From Bacillota bacterium (GTDB lineage: Bacteria > Bacillota > Clostridia > Christensenellales > UMGS416): a DNA stretch of 64,000 nt. Every line of letters starts with the position of its first letter. The first letter of the stretch is position 1. The notes below the pieces were generated by a model. It was not told where the DNA came from, searched no databases, and saw nothing but the letters and a program-made list of their open reading frames with translations. The position numbers and the translations under genes are program-made. The stretch is taken from NCBI GenBank assembly GCA_016281935.1, contig JAEEJN010000078.1, positions 17,059 to 81,058 of the forward strand. Direction: 5' to 3'. This document shows, piece after piece, positions 53,855-63,372 of the stretch.

Positions 53855-53883
53855 TAAAAAAGCTGCAGTTCTCAGACTGCAGC
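53855..53883 (-). terminator. rho-independent terminator of the lipoprotein gene
   Basis: Minus strand reads GCTGCAGT-ctgaga-ACTGCAGC followed by TTTTTTATT. Confidence 0.75.
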
Positions 53884-53899
53884 CATTATCCGTTTCCTT

Positions 53900-55318
53900 T
53901 TACTCTTCCATGAAGAACCGGCGTGCCTGAGCCTGTCCGTTGACAGCTTCACAGGCAGGCGCATAGGATTCCAGAGAATGGATCCGGGCCACCCAGTCCG
54001 TCCAGGATTCATCGAAGCGGGAATTCACGAGTGCGAGTTCTTCCAGAAGCTCGGGCAGAGCCTTGTCGATCTCGTCCTGGAGGAGGATCTTGTCGTCCGA
54101 CCAGACACCGTCGGCAAACACGGGGCCTTTCCACACGTTGGCCCACCAGGTCGTGGACATCTCGTCACGTACGCCTTCCGCATAGCTTTCCGGCTCATAC
54201 TTGTCGAGACGGCTCCTGCTCGCTTCGCGGGACCTGTCCGCGATGCAGAAAATCGCTTCCAGTTCTTTGTCTGTCACCCCGGAATCGATCAGGACAAAAT
54301 CCTTGGCCTCCGTCACGGGAAGGTAGCGAGTGCCCCAGGGCGTCGAAGGTTCAGGAAGGATCGAAACGCAGTCGCTGATCAGAAGACCGTCCGTCTCATG
54401 GATCATCGACCATGCGGATTCCACCTGGGACACGCCTTCAGCGTTCCCGTCCCAGATCAGCATGGCGACTTCTCCCTTGACAAAGGATTCAAGGGCTTCG
54501 CTTTTATGCTCGCAGACTCTCAGCTGATTCTCCTTGCGGATCTGCGTTGCCCAGGCCAGGGCGTCCCTGGCGCGGCCTGAAACCATACCGGGCACATACT
54601 GTCCGTCCTCAAGTACCCAGGAGCGTACGCCGAACAGTTCCAGGAACCAGGATTCCAGCCCCTCGCCCACCGCGATAGCCTTCGTGTCTTTGATCTTGTT
54701 CCCGTCCGGATCGCCGGATGCGGCATATGTCATCATTTCGATGAAAGCTTCCCAGGTGATATCGCTGAAATCGACTTTCTCCGACTGGATCCAGTCAGAA
54801 CGGTAATACAGGACTTTGCCGTCCGGGATGCCCACGGAAGAGTCCCATGCCGCCCGCGGAAGAGCATAGTACCCATAGCCGTCGTTATACAGGGGCTTAT
54901 AGTGTCTCATAAGATCCCTGAGTTCTTCGTGTCCTGCAAGGTCTTTCGCGGAAAAACGGCGTACGGTCCCATCCTCCACCAGATGCATGAGGTTGGCCAG
55001 ATCTTCTCTTCCGTTGAAATAGACAACAGCGGGTCTCTGTTCCGCCGACATCATCCAATAGGACTGCAGGTCCATGGGCTCGACCTTCAGTTCAAGTCCG
55101 AGTTCCGATGCGATCCCGCACCAGTCGTTCAGCAGTTCGACTCCGTCATCCTGGATACAGGCGACTGTAAGCGCTCTGATCGGCGTATCGGTCGGGCTGG
55201 CCGTCACTGCCGGTGTCTGCGTTTCTGCAGGAACTGTCCAGGGAAAAGACGCGCAGCCGGAAAGAATCCCCGCAGTCAAAGCAAGGATCAGTGCACACAG
55301 GCGCATCGCTTTCTTCAA
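53900..55318 (-). CDS. lipoprotein, extracellular solute-binding-protein-like (orphan: no adjacent permease)
   Basis: 472 aa with lipobox LSGC after a signal peptide. It starts at TTG 55318 (GGAGGGAGGGA upstream) or ATG 55306. The SBP-like call rests only on size and composition and is tentative. Confidence 0.65.
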   Translation of the reverse strand: MKKAMRLCALILALTAGILSGCASFPWTVPAETQTPAVTASPTDTPIRALTVACIQDDGVELLNDWCGIASELGLELKVEPMDLQSYWMMSAEQRPAVVYFNGREDLANLMHLVEDGTVRRFSAKDLAGHEELRDLMRHYKPLYNDGYGYYALPRAAWDSSVGIPDGKVLYYRSDWIQSEKVDFSDITWEAFIEMMTYAASGDPDGNKIKDTKAIAVGEGLESWFLELFGVRSWVLEDGQYVPGMVSGRARDALAWATQIRKENQLRVCEHKSEALESFVKGEVAMLIWDGNAEGVSQVESAWSMIHETDGLLISDCVSILPEPSTPWGTRYLPVTEAKDFVLIDSGVTDKELEAIFCIADRSREASRSRLDKYEPESYAEGVRDEMSTTWWANVWKGPVFADGVWSDDKILLQDEIDKALPELLEELALVNSRFDESWTDWVARIHSLESYAPACEAVNGQAQARRFFMEE

Positions 55319-55460
55319 AGGAGTCCCTCCCTCCCCGGTCAGGGGATTTCATACTTTTTTAACATTGTACATTATAACGGCACTCCTGCCTTCCGTCAAA
55401 TCGGGTCTCTTTCAGCGGAAGTCCCTGCGTGCACCTGACAGTTTTCCCAATGTTTTCCCA

Positions 55461-55489
55461 TGGACAACAGGACTGTTTCCATTTATACT
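55461..55489 (+). promoter_or_regulatory. candidate promoter giving a leaderless mRNA for the THUMP methyltransferase
   Basis: TGGACA-17 nt-TATACT, then 6 nt (taaacc) before the ATG at 55496. No SD is present. Confidence 0.45.
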
Positions 55490-55495
55490 TAAACC

Positions 55496-56641
55496 ATGAG
55501 CAAACAACTGGCATACATCGCCACGGCCGCTTACGGCCTGGAAGGCGTACTGGCAAAAGAGGTCCGGGATCTGGGCTATGAAACGGGCGAGATCCAGACA
55601 TCACGTGTCGAGTTCTACGGAGATGAATCGGCGCTTGCCAGGTCCAATCTGTTCCTTCGCACCGCGGGACGCGTTCGTCTGATCGCCGGCACGTTCCGTT
55701 CTGCGACCTTTGACGAACTGTATGAAAGGACCCGCAGCACAGCCTGGGAGGATTATCTGCCGAAAGATGCAAAGATCCCCGTGACCGCCCGCTGCGTGTC
55801 ATCCGCTCTCATGAGCCTTTCCGACTGTCAGCGTATCGTCAAAAAGGCAATAGCTGACAGGCTCTGCACGGTATATGGGCTCGGCCGTCTTCCGGAAACG
55901 GGATGTGAATATCCTGTCGAACTTCATATTTTCAAAGATGAAGCCACTCTGTCACTGGACACATCAGGAGAACCGCTCCACAAACGCGGATACAGGAAAC
56001 TGAACGGTCCGGCGGCGATACGTGAGACGCTCGCGGCAGCGATGGTAGAGCTCTCCCACTGGAAAGAAGACCGGGCGTTGATCGATCCTTTCTGCGGGAC
56101 CGGAACCATCATCATCGAAGCGGCGATGAAGGCCAGAAACATCGCTCCGGGAAGCCGGCGCAATTTCGGTGCCGAAACCTGGGGGCTCATTCCTGCCGAC
56201 GTTTGGAAACAGGCGCGCGCGGAAGCCCATGATCTGGAAAATCCCCGTCTCGCCTTGGAGATCCTGGGATCTGATATAGACGAGAACGCGCTTTCCATGG
56301 CGCGTTATCACGCCAGAGCCGTAGGCATGCCCGATCTTGCTTTCCTCCGTCGTGACGTGAAAGACCTCGTTTCACCCTATCCATACGGACACATCATCAC
56401 GAATCCTCCCTACGGGAAACGCATGAGTCATGAAGAGACCCAGCTGTACCGCTCTCTCGGACTTTCCTGGAAACAGCTCCGGCACTGGAGCGCGCACGTC
56501 ATCTGCGCCTACCCCGATTTCGAGCGGGCGTTCGGAGCGAAGGCAAACGGCCGGCGGGTCCTGTTCAACGGACAGATTGCCTGCCGCTATTACCAATTCT
56601 ACGGTGAACGTCCGCCCAAAGGCTGGACGATGAAGCCCTGA
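55496..56641 (+). CDS. THUMP-domain class I SAM-dependent RNA methyltransferase (RlmL/YpsC-like)
   Basis: 381 aa with an N-terminal THUMP region, SAM motif DPFCGTGTI and catalytic NPPYG. Confidence 0.88.
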   Translation: MSKQLAYIATAAYGLEGVLAKEVRDLGYETGEIQTSRVEFYGDESALARSNLFLRTAGRVRLIAGTFRSATFDELYERTRSTAWEDYLPKDAKIPVTARCVSSALMSLSDCQRIVKKAIADRLCTVYGLGRLPETGCEYPVELHIFKDEATLSLDTSGEPLHKRGYRKLNGPAAIRETLAAAMVELSHWKEDRALIDPFCGTGTIIIEAAMKARNIAPGSRRNFGAETWGLIPADVWKQARAEAHDLENPRLALEILGSDIDENALSMARYHARAVGMPDLAFLRRDVKDLVSPYPYGHIITNPPYGKRMSHEETQLYRSLGLSWKQLRHWSAHVICAYPDFERAFGAKANGRRVLFNGQIACRYYQFYGERPPKGWTMKP

Positions 56642-56655
56642 AAGGATGTCTTGCC

Positions 56656-57654
56656 ATGAACCCGTATGCCACAGATGCCTTTCTCAGGCGTCTCTATGCA
56701 GACGCACCGAAAGGACGAGACATTATGGAGTGCGAGGCCTCGGACTTTGAAACCCTTGCTCAGACAAAACGGATCCGATTTGCCGACTCTCTGGGGCTGG
56801 ACAGGATCCGTGCGCTCGGCGCTGCGGGATCTCCCGTTCTTTCTTGCGAAGAAAGGCGGGAAGGATACCGTCTGGAGACCTATGACTTCACCTTTCTGCC
56901 GGATCTTACGGCACCCATCCACCGTCTCGTGCCGGATATCTGCAACGGACAGACGATCCTTTATCTCATCGGCCACGGACCGGGAGCGAAAGGCGTCATC
57001 TCGCCCGATCCTGTCAGCGGGGACATGCCCCTTCCCCTGCGTTTCGCCGAACTCGGCTACACCGTCCTTGTGCCGGAACTGATCGGCTTCGGGCAGACGA
57101 TATCGGAAGACAATCTGACAGAATCCAACCGGGGCTGTACAGCCAACGCGCTTCACCTCCTGATGCACGGCATGACTCTTGCCGGCCTCCGGGTGGTGGA
57201 ATGCGAACGTCTGCTGGACTGGGCGCTGCCTGTCGGCCCGCAGGGCAGGCTGATCTCTTACGGCATGAGCGGCGGCGGAATGCTGAACACCGCGCTATTC
57301 GCTTTGGAACCAAGGATCGATGCGGCTGTCATCGCATCCTATCCCAACACTTTCGGCACGAGCATCCTCGCCATGCACCACTGCCTGTGCAATTATTTCC
57401 CCGGCATCCTGGATGTCGGCGACATGGCTCAGCTGATCGCGCTCGGCGCACCGAAACCGATCCTTATCTCCTCCGGGACGGAAGATCCCATCTTTCCCCT
57501 GGAAGGAACGAAGCGCTGCTGGGAAGATCTGTCCGCCGTCTATAAAAAGCTCGGTGCGTCGGACGCATGTGAACTGGAGCTCTTCCCCGGTAAGCACGAG
57601 ATCTCCACGGACCGCGTATTCGGATTCCTGGAAAAACAGTTGACGGAGGTATAG
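56656..57654 (+). CDS. alpha/beta hydrolase (esterase, dienelactone-hydrolase/acetyl-esterase-like)
   Basis: 332 aa with nucleophile elbow GMSGGG and no signal peptide. It starts 14 nt after the methyltransferase and ends 4 nt before uxaC. Confidence 0.7.
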   Translation: MNPYATDAFLRRLYADAPKGRDIMECEASDFETLAQTKRIRFADSLGLDRIRALGAAGSPVLSCEERREGYRLETYDFTFLPDLTAPIHRLVPDICNGQTILYLIGHGPGAKGVISPDPVSGDMPLPLRFAELGYTVLVPELIGFGQTISEDNLTESNRGCTANALHLLMHGMTLAGLRVVECERLLDWALPVGPQGRLISYGMSGGGMLNTALFALEPRIDAAVIASYPNTFGTSILAMHHCLCNYFPGILDVGDMAQLIALGAPKPILISSGTEDPIFPLEGTKRCWEDLSAVYKKLGASDACELELFPGKHEISTDRVFGFLEKQLTEV

Positions 57655-57658
57655 AACC

Positions 57659-59059
57659 ATGAGACAGTTTATGGACGATGATTTCCTTCTCGGCAGCGAC
57701 ACGGCAAAAAAGCTGTTCGAACAGGTCCGTGATCTTCCCATTCTAGATTATCACTGTCATCTCTCGCCCAAAGAGATCTGGGAAAACAAACCCTTCACGG
57801 ACGTCACCGATCTGATGCTCGGAGGCGACCACTACAAGTGGAGACTCATGCTCGCCAACGGTGCTCCCGAAGAACTGATCTATCCGGTCCGCAAAGGCGA
57901 TCCGAAAGCCCGTTTCCGGGCTTATGCGCAGGCTCTGTCCTATGCGCCGGGAAATCCCCTGTTCCACTGGACCCATCTCGAACTGCAGCGTGTCTTCGGG
58001 ATCCGCACGATCCTCACGGAAGATACTGCCGACGGCATCTATGATGAAACGAAGGCGCTCCTTGCCAAGCCGGAGTATCTTCCCCGTGCTCTGATCAGAC
58101 GATTCCGCGTGGAAGTCGTATGCACGACGGACGATCCCGCGGACAGTCTGGAGTATCACCGTCTTCTTGCAGGGGAGGATCTCGGGTTCCGTGTGCTCCC
58201 CACGTTCCGTCCCGACCGTTTCCTGTATCCGGAAAGGACGCCTTTCCTCTCCGCCGTAGCAGAGCTCGAAAAGGCATCAGGGAAAAAGATCGGAAGTTAC
58301 AGGGATCTGGTCAATGTACTTGAGGAGCGGGCTGCATTCTTCGCTTCCATGGGTTGCCGCCTCTCAGATCACAGTCTCGAGTTCGTGCCCTGGAGCCCTG
58401 CGACAGACGAGCAGATCGAAGCGGTCTTCGCTTCAGCAACCGCAGGCAATATCCCTGATGAATCTGCCTGCAGAGCATACCGCACACGGCTCATGACCGA
58501 CCTCGGAAGGATCTATTCGGAAAACGACTGGGCCATGCAGCTCCACCTGAGCGCCATGCGGAACAATTCCACCCGCAAGTTCGGTGAGTACGGAGCGGAT
58601 TCCGGGTTCGATTCCATGGACGATCCCCTTGTAGCCCGGAATCTTTCCCGCCTTCTGGACGCAATGGACCGGGACGGAAGGCTGCCCCGCACAATTCTCT
58701 ACAGTCTGAATCCCAAAGACAACTATACGCTCGCATCCCTTCTGGGCAACTTCCAGGCATCAGGGGTTCCCGGCAAGATCCAGCTGGGCTCCGGCTGGTG
58801 GTTCAACGATCAGCTTCCCGGCATGATCGACCAGATGACGACGCTGGCAAGTGTAGGTCTGCTGGGGCGTTTCGTCGGCATGCTGACGGATTCCCGTTCC
58901 TTCATCTCCTATCCCAGACACGAGTATTTCCGCCGGATCCTCTGCAATCTCATCGGCTCATGGGTCGAAAACGGCGAATTCCCGGACGATCCCAAGCTCC
59001 TCACCCGTATCGTACAGGGCGTCTCCTATGAGAACGCCAAAGCCTATTTCCGTTTCTAG
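57659..59059 (+). CDS. uxaC: glucuronate isomerase
   Basis: 466 aa. The N-terminus reads FMDDDFLL...LPILDYHCHLSPKEIWENKPF and the C-terminal block reads GSGWWFNDQ. Confidence 0.93.
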   Translation: MRQFMDDDFLLGSDTAKKLFEQVRDLPILDYHCHLSPKEIWENKPFTDVTDLMLGGDHYKWRLMLANGAPEELIYPVRKGDPKARFRAYAQALSYAPGNPLFHWTHLELQRVFGIRTILTEDTADGIYDETKALLAKPEYLPRALIRRFRVEVVCTTDDPADSLEYHRLLAGEDLGFRVLPTFRPDRFLYPERTPFLSAVAELEKASGKKIGSYRDLVNVLEERAAFFASMGCRLSDHSLEFVPWSPATDEQIEAVFASATAGNIPDESACRAYRTRLMTDLGRIYSENDWAMQLHLSAMRNNSTRKFGEYGADSGFDSMDDPLVARNLSRLLDAMDRDGRLPRTILYSLNPKDNYTLASLLGNFQASGVPGKIQLGSGWWFNDQLPGMIDQMTTLASVGLLGRFVGMLTDSRSFISYPRHEYFRRILCNLIGSWVENGEFPDDPKLLTRIVQGVSYENAKAYFRF

Positions 59060-59068
59060 GAGGTTCCC

Positions 59069-59716
59069 ATGCAGGATATTTATGAAAGAATCCGTATCGG
59101 CGGAGTCCTTCCGGTCGCTTCGTTCTTCACCCCGGAAGAGGCGGTCCCGACCTGCCGCGCTCTCGAAGCAGGAGGCATCGGAGCAATCGAGATCACCTTC
59201 CGCACGGAAGCCGCAGCGGAAGCCATCTACCTCGTCAGGCAGACGCTTCCCGGTTTCCTTGTAGGCGCCGGCAGTCTTCTCAACGCGGAAATGGCGCAGA
59301 CGGCCATCATGGCCGGTGCAGAATTCCTGGTCACTCCCGGGTTTTCCGTGCCCATCGTGGAAATGGCTCAGAGCCGCGGCGTACCGATCTTCCCCGGATG
59401 CTCCAACGCATCCGATCTGATGACGGCATCTTCATACAACCTGAACATCGTCAAGTTCTTCCCCGCAGAAGCGCTTGGCGGACTGAAGATGCTCAAAGCG
59501 CTCTCCGCTCCCTTCCCCAAACTCTCCTTCATGCCGACGGGCGGCCTGACTCTGGACAACTTCACGGATTATCTGGCGGATCCCAAAGTCTTTGCCTGCG
59601 GAGGAAGCTGGCTCGTGAAGTCCGCATGGCTGCAGTCGGAGAACTATGAGGCCGTACGTGATGCGGCCCGGCGGACCAGAGAGAAACTCGACCTGTTCCG
59701 GGAGGCAAACGCATGA
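59069..59716 (+). CDS. eda: KDPG / 4-hydroxy-2-oxoglutarate aldolase
   Basis: 215 aa. The blocks IEITFRT, FLVTPG, VKFFPAEALGG and the Schiff-base region fit Eda. Confidence 0.9.
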   Translation: MQDIYERIRIGGVLPVASFFTPEEAVPTCRALEAGGIGAIEITFRTEAAAEAIYLVRQTLPGFLVGAGSLLNAEMAQTAIMAGAEFLVTPGFSVPIVEMAQSRGVPIFPGCSNASDLMTASSYNLNIVKFFPAEALGGLKMLKALSAPFPKLSFMPTGGLTLDNFTDYLADPKVFACGGSWLVKSAWLQSENYEAVRDAARRTREKLDLFREANA

Positions 59717-60747
59717 GGATCGCCGCTTTCGGAGAATATATGCTTCGTCTGAAAAGCCCGGGGTATACCCGTCTCCTGCAGGAAAACCGTCTCGAAGCAA
59801 CTTTCGGAGGAGCAGAAGCCAACGTCGCCATGTGCCTCGCCGCATGGGGGCTTCCGAGCCGCTATATCACCCTGCTTCCCGAGAACGATCTGGGGCAGGC
59901 CGCTTTGCGGAGCCTGCTCGCGTGCGGTGTGGACACATCCTGCATACCCAGATTGCCGGGGCGTCTGGGCGTCTATTTCGTAGAGGCGGGAGCGGGCGAC
60001 CGTCCTTCCCGCGTGATCTATGACCGTGCGGATTCATGCATCGCCAGAGTCAGGCCCGGCGACATCGACTGGGATGCTGCACTGGAAGGCGTCGATATCC
60101 TCCATCTGACCGGTATCACCCCCGGGATCTCACAGGCCGGGGCCGACGAAACGCTGAATGCGGCTCATAACGCGCGCAGGCGCGGCATACTCGTTTCCCT
60201 GGACCTGAATTACAGGGCCAAACTGTTCCAGTTCGGGAAAACGCCTCAGGAACTTCTTCTTCCTCTTGCAAGAGAAGCGGATATCCTCATTGCAAACGAG
60301 GCCCAGTTCGCTCCGTGCCTAGGCTATACGGAACTTCCTCAGCCTCCCGAAGAAGGGGAGCCGGATCCCGAATTCTATCAGGATTACTGCGATGCCGTCA
60401 TGAATCTGCTCCCGCAGGTCCGTCTGCTGGCCGTGACACGCCGCAGGAGCCTGTCCATCAACCGCGGCACATGGGCTGCCTGCATCATGGACAGGGATCT
60501 TGGTTCGTTTGCCATGAGCCGCTGTTATCACCTGGAAGATATGGTTGACCGCGTAGGCAGCGGGGACGCCTTCACATCCGGCATCCTGTATGCCCACTCC
60601 CGGGGATGGGAGCCTGCGCAGGCCGTAGAATTCGCTATGGCTTCCGGCGTTTTGAAACACACTGTCCCCGGTGATTTCAATGCTGTCACGGTTCCGGAGA
60701 TCCAGGCCTTCCTGAACAGCCGGGGTCAGGCAAACGTCATTCGTTAG
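59713..60747 (+). CDS. kdgK: 2-dehydro-3-deoxygluconokinase (PfkB family)
   Basis: 344 aa. FGGAEANVA and GSGDAFTSG are PfkB motifs. It overlaps eda in an ATGA junction. Confidence 0.85.
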   Translation: MRIAAFGEYMLRLKSPGYTRLLQENRLEATFGGAEANVAMCLAAWGLPSRYITLLPENDLGQAALRSLLACGVDTSCIPRLPGRLGVYFVEAGAGDRPSRVIYDRADSCIARVRPGDIDWDAALEGVDILHLTGITPGISQAGADETLNAAHNARRRGILVSLDLNYRAKLFQFGKTPQELLLPLAREADILIANEAQFAPCLGYTELPQPPEEGEPDPEFYQDYCDAVMNLLPQVRLLAVTRRRSLSINRGTWAACIMDRDLGSFAMSRCYHLEDMVDRVGSGDAFTSGILYAHSRGWEPAQAVEFAMASGVLKHTVPGDFNAVTVPEIQAFLNSRGQANVIR

Positions 60748-60755
60748 GAGGTATC

Positions 60756-61664
60756 ATGGCTGTATTTGTGCTTTCCGGTTTCCTGGATGAAGCCGCACCG
60801 AATCTGACCGGGCAGATCGCCGCCTGTCACGAAAACGGTCTCCGTTTCATCGAAATGCGCGGCGTCAACGGCAGTTCGCTCGTTTCCCAGAGTCTAGAAG
60901 AAGTCCGCGAGATCCGCCGCGTCCTCGACGGTGAAGGCCTTCGTCTCTCCTCGATCGGTTCCCCTTTCGGCAAGATCAGGATCGACGAGCCCCTCGAACC
61001 GCATCTGGATGCACTCCGACACGCAATGGATATTGCCGACATTCTGGATGTCAAGCTTCTGCGCATGTTCTCTTTCTACATGCCTTCAGGGCAGGATCCC
61101 GCTCAGTTCCGCGGCGCCGTTCTGGAAGGCATCGATCGGATGCTCAGCATCTGTGAAGACGCCGGAGTCCAGGCATGTCACGAAAACGAGAAAGGCATCT
61201 ACGGTGACGTCACGGAACGATGCCTGGACCTATACCGCACTTTTGAAGGCCGCATGCCCGGCGTTTTCGATCCTGCCAATTTCATTCAGTGCGGTGTGAA
61301 ACCTGAAGAATCCTGGCCTCTGCTTTCGCCCTATATCCGTTATCTGCACATCAAGGACGCTCTGCTGTCCAGCGGTCAGGTCGTACCCGCAGGTATGGGA
61401 GACGGCCATATTGCTGGTCTGCTGAAGCACTTCTCCGAAAAGGACGGCCGGATCTATCTGAGCCTGGAACCGCATCTGAAAGTCTTCCAGGGTCTGGAAT
61501 CACTGGAAACAGACGACGTGTCTTCCCGAGGCATGCAGGGATATCCTTCCGGACAGGCTGCTTTCCGCGCCGCGGCGCAGGCTCTGAAGTCTGTCCTGAA
61601 AGAGATCGGGTTCTCCGAAACCCAAACGGGGATTTTTGAAAAGACATCAGGAGGTGTATTATGA
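60756..61664 (+). CDS. sugar phosphate isomerase/epimerase (xylose-isomerase-like TIM barrel), paralog 1
   Basis: 302 aa. CHENEKGIYG and YLHIKD blocks are typical of the AP-endonuclease-2/xylose-isomerase-like TIM family. AGGAGG SD is present. Confidence 0.78.
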   Translation: MAVFVLSGFLDEAAPNLTGQIAACHENGLRFIEMRGVNGSSLVSQSLEEVREIRRVLDGEGLRLSSIGSPFGKIRIDEPLEPHLDALRHAMDIADILDVKLLRMFSFYMPSGQDPAQFRGAVLEGIDRMLSICEDAGVQACHENEKGIYGDVTERCLDLYRTFEGRMPGVFDPANFIQCGVKPEESWPLLSPYIRYLHIKDALLSSGQVVPAGMGDGHIAGLLKHFSEKDGRIYLSLEPHLKVFQGLESLETDDVSSRGMQGYPSGQAAFRAAAQALKSVLKEIGFSETQTGIFEKTSGGVL

Positions 61665-62437
61665 TCAGAATCGGCGTGTGTGCCGCGATCGATCAGATTT
61701 CTCTCGCTGCGGCTGCAGGATATGATTATCTGGAAGCCGGATTCGCCGGGATCGCTTCTCTTCCCGAAGAGGAATTCAAGCGTCAGCTTTCCGTTGCGAA
61801 AGCATCATCCATCTCCGTGGAAGCATGCAACGGCATGCTGACCGCACAGCAGCGCGTGACGGGTCCGGATGTGGATCTGAACCAAGTGGAGGGTTTCATC
61901 ACGCGCGGTTTCGACCGTGCTGAACAGTTGGGCGTCAAAGTCGTCGTTTTCGGTTCATCCGGTGCACGCAATGTTCCGGAAGGCTGGTCTTACCACCGTG
62001 CCTGGCAGCAGATCTCCGAGTATCTGCGAATGGCCGAGCCTGTCGCACGCGCTCACGGCATCACGATCGCTCTGGAACCTCTCTGCCGTGCCGAATCCAA
62101 CATCCTGCACTATGTGTCGGAAGGGACCCTGCTCTCCGCCATGCTCGATCTTCCCAACCTGCGCACTCTGGGTGACATATATCACATGGTCCTGAACGGA
62201 GAACCCATGAGCGCCCTGACGGATGCCGGCAGTCTTCTTGCTCATACGCATATCGCAAATCCCGAGGGACGCCTCTTCCCGTCCGGATCCGACAGTTTCG
62301 ATTATGTATCCGTATTCAAAGCGCTGAAGGCCGGAGGCTATGATGCCCGCATGAGTGTCGAAGGCCGCGCACTGGATTTCCAGGCCGATCTACCCGTTGC
62401 CTGCCGCGTTCTCAAAAAAGCCAGAGACATGGCATGA
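61661..62437 (+). CDS. sugar phosphate isomerase/epimerase (xylose-isomerase-like TIM barrel), paralog 2
   Basis: 258 aa. IALEPL and AHTHIANPEGR blocks are present. It overlaps paralog 1 by 4 nt. Confidence 0.78.
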   Translation: MIRIGVCAAIDQISLAAAAGYDYLEAGFAGIASLPEEEFKRQLSVAKASSISVEACNGMLTAQQRVTGPDVDLNQVEGFITRGFDRAEQLGVKVVVFGSSGARNVPEGWSYHRAWQQISEYLRMAEPVARAHGITIALEPLCRAESNILHYVSEGTLLSAMLDLPNLRTLGDIYHMVLNGEPMSALTDAGSLLAHTHIANPEGRLFPSGSDSFDYVSVFKALKAGGYDARMSVEGRALDFQADLPVACRVLKKARDMA

Positions 62438-62446
62438 TCTCACTTG

Positions 62447-62482
62447 CAAAAAAGGCGTCTGCGAAGCAGGCGTCTTTTTCTT
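62447..62482. terminator. imperfect bidirectional terminator
   Basis: An A-run, an imperfect hairpin (GGCGTCTGC-gaa-GCAGGCGTC, two mismatches), then TTTTTCTT. Confidence 0.5.
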
Positions 62483-62498
62483 CTGTCATGAATATCTT

Positions 62499-63056
62499 TC
62501 ACAGGGTTTTAAGTACGATTGAAAAAACGGAATAAGCCCAAGCAGAAAACAAGCGAGGCGTCTCCCGCAGTTCTCGGGCCAGTTCTTCCGCCGTGATCCA
62601 CCTTGTTTCAGAAACTTCAGCAGGGTCAGGGGAAATTTCCTCCTCAACCGTGCCAACGAACACATGATCGAATTCATACTCCGTGATCCCATCCGCAAAC
62701 TCTGCCCGGTACATAAACGAGCCGATCTCATTCAGATCGGACACTCCGCATCCCAATTCTTCACGGATACGGCGGAAAACCGCATCCGGCAGTTCTTCTC
62801 CCCACCTCGGATGGGAACAGCAGCTGTTTGCCCACAGTCCTGAGGAGTGATACTTCCCTTCTGCCCGTTTTGCCAGCAGGATCTCCCTCTCTGCTCCCGC
62901 ATCACGAACAAGAACAGCGGAAAACGCTCTGTGGAGCAAGCCTTCCCGATGGGTCTTCTCCTTGCTTTCCGTCCCTACCGGCCGGTCCATTCCGTCTACC
63001 AGGATCAGCTGATCACTCCTGGCAGGATCTATTTTCATTTTGTCCATATCGTACAT
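62499..63056 (-). CDS. idi: type 1 isopentenyl-diphosphate delta-isomerase (Nudix)
   Basis: 185 aa with HRAFSAVL, WANSCCSHP and the Nudix-like RIREELG. The ATG at 63047 has better SD spacing (GGGAG 9 nt) than the ATG at 63056. Confidence 0.87.
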   Translation of the reverse strand: MYDMDKMKIDPARSDQLILVDGMDRPVGTESKEKTHREGLLHRAFSAVLVRDAGAEREILLAKRAEGKYHSSGLWANSCCSHPRWGEELPDAVFRRIREELGCGVSDLNEIGSFMYRAEFADGITEYEFDHVFVGTVEEEISPDPAEVSETRWITAEELARELRETPRLFSAWAYSVFSIVLKTL

Positions 63057-63085
63057 CTCCCATCAACGTTCGGCTAACTTCCCAT

Positions 63086-63114
63086 TTGACAAACACGGGG
63101 CTTCATGCAATAAT
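63086..63114 (+). promoter_or_regulatory. candidate promoter upstream of tRNA-Arg
   Basis: TTGACA-17 nt-AATAAT, about 120 nt before the mature tRNA 5' end. Confidence 0.4.
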
Positions 63115-63235
63115 GTGTGGAGAAACGTCGCCTGTCTCCTCTTAATGTCTCCTGTCTGTTCAGGAACGAAACATGCCGGGATCGACACGACGGGATTCGG
63201 AACACAGGCCGTGTCCAATTCACAAAACGTTTCAT

Positions 63236-63312
63236 GTCTCCGTAGCTCAGCAGGATAGAGCGTTCGCCTCCTAAGCGAGAGGCCGCGCGTTCGAATCGCG
63301 CCGGGGACGCCA
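63236..63312 (+). tRNA. tRNA-Arg (anticodon CCT), CCA encoded
   Basis: The cloverleaf was folded by hand. Acceptor stem GTCTCCG/CGGGGAC, D stem GCTC/GAGC, anticodon stem TTCGC/GCGAG with loop CTCCTAA, T arm GCGCG-TTCGAAT-CGCGC, discriminator G, then CCA. Total length is 77 nt. Confidence 0.93.
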
Positions 63313-63323
63313 TCGGCCATCTT

Positions 63324-63358
63324 GAAAGCCTTTGATTTCAAAGGCTTTCTTGTTTTTT
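63324..63358 (+). terminator. rho-independent terminator after the tRNA
   Basis: GAAAGCCTTT-gatttc-AAAGGCTTTC followed by TTGTTTTTT. Confidence 0.8.
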
Positions 63359-63372
63359 CGGTTCAGTTCGTT

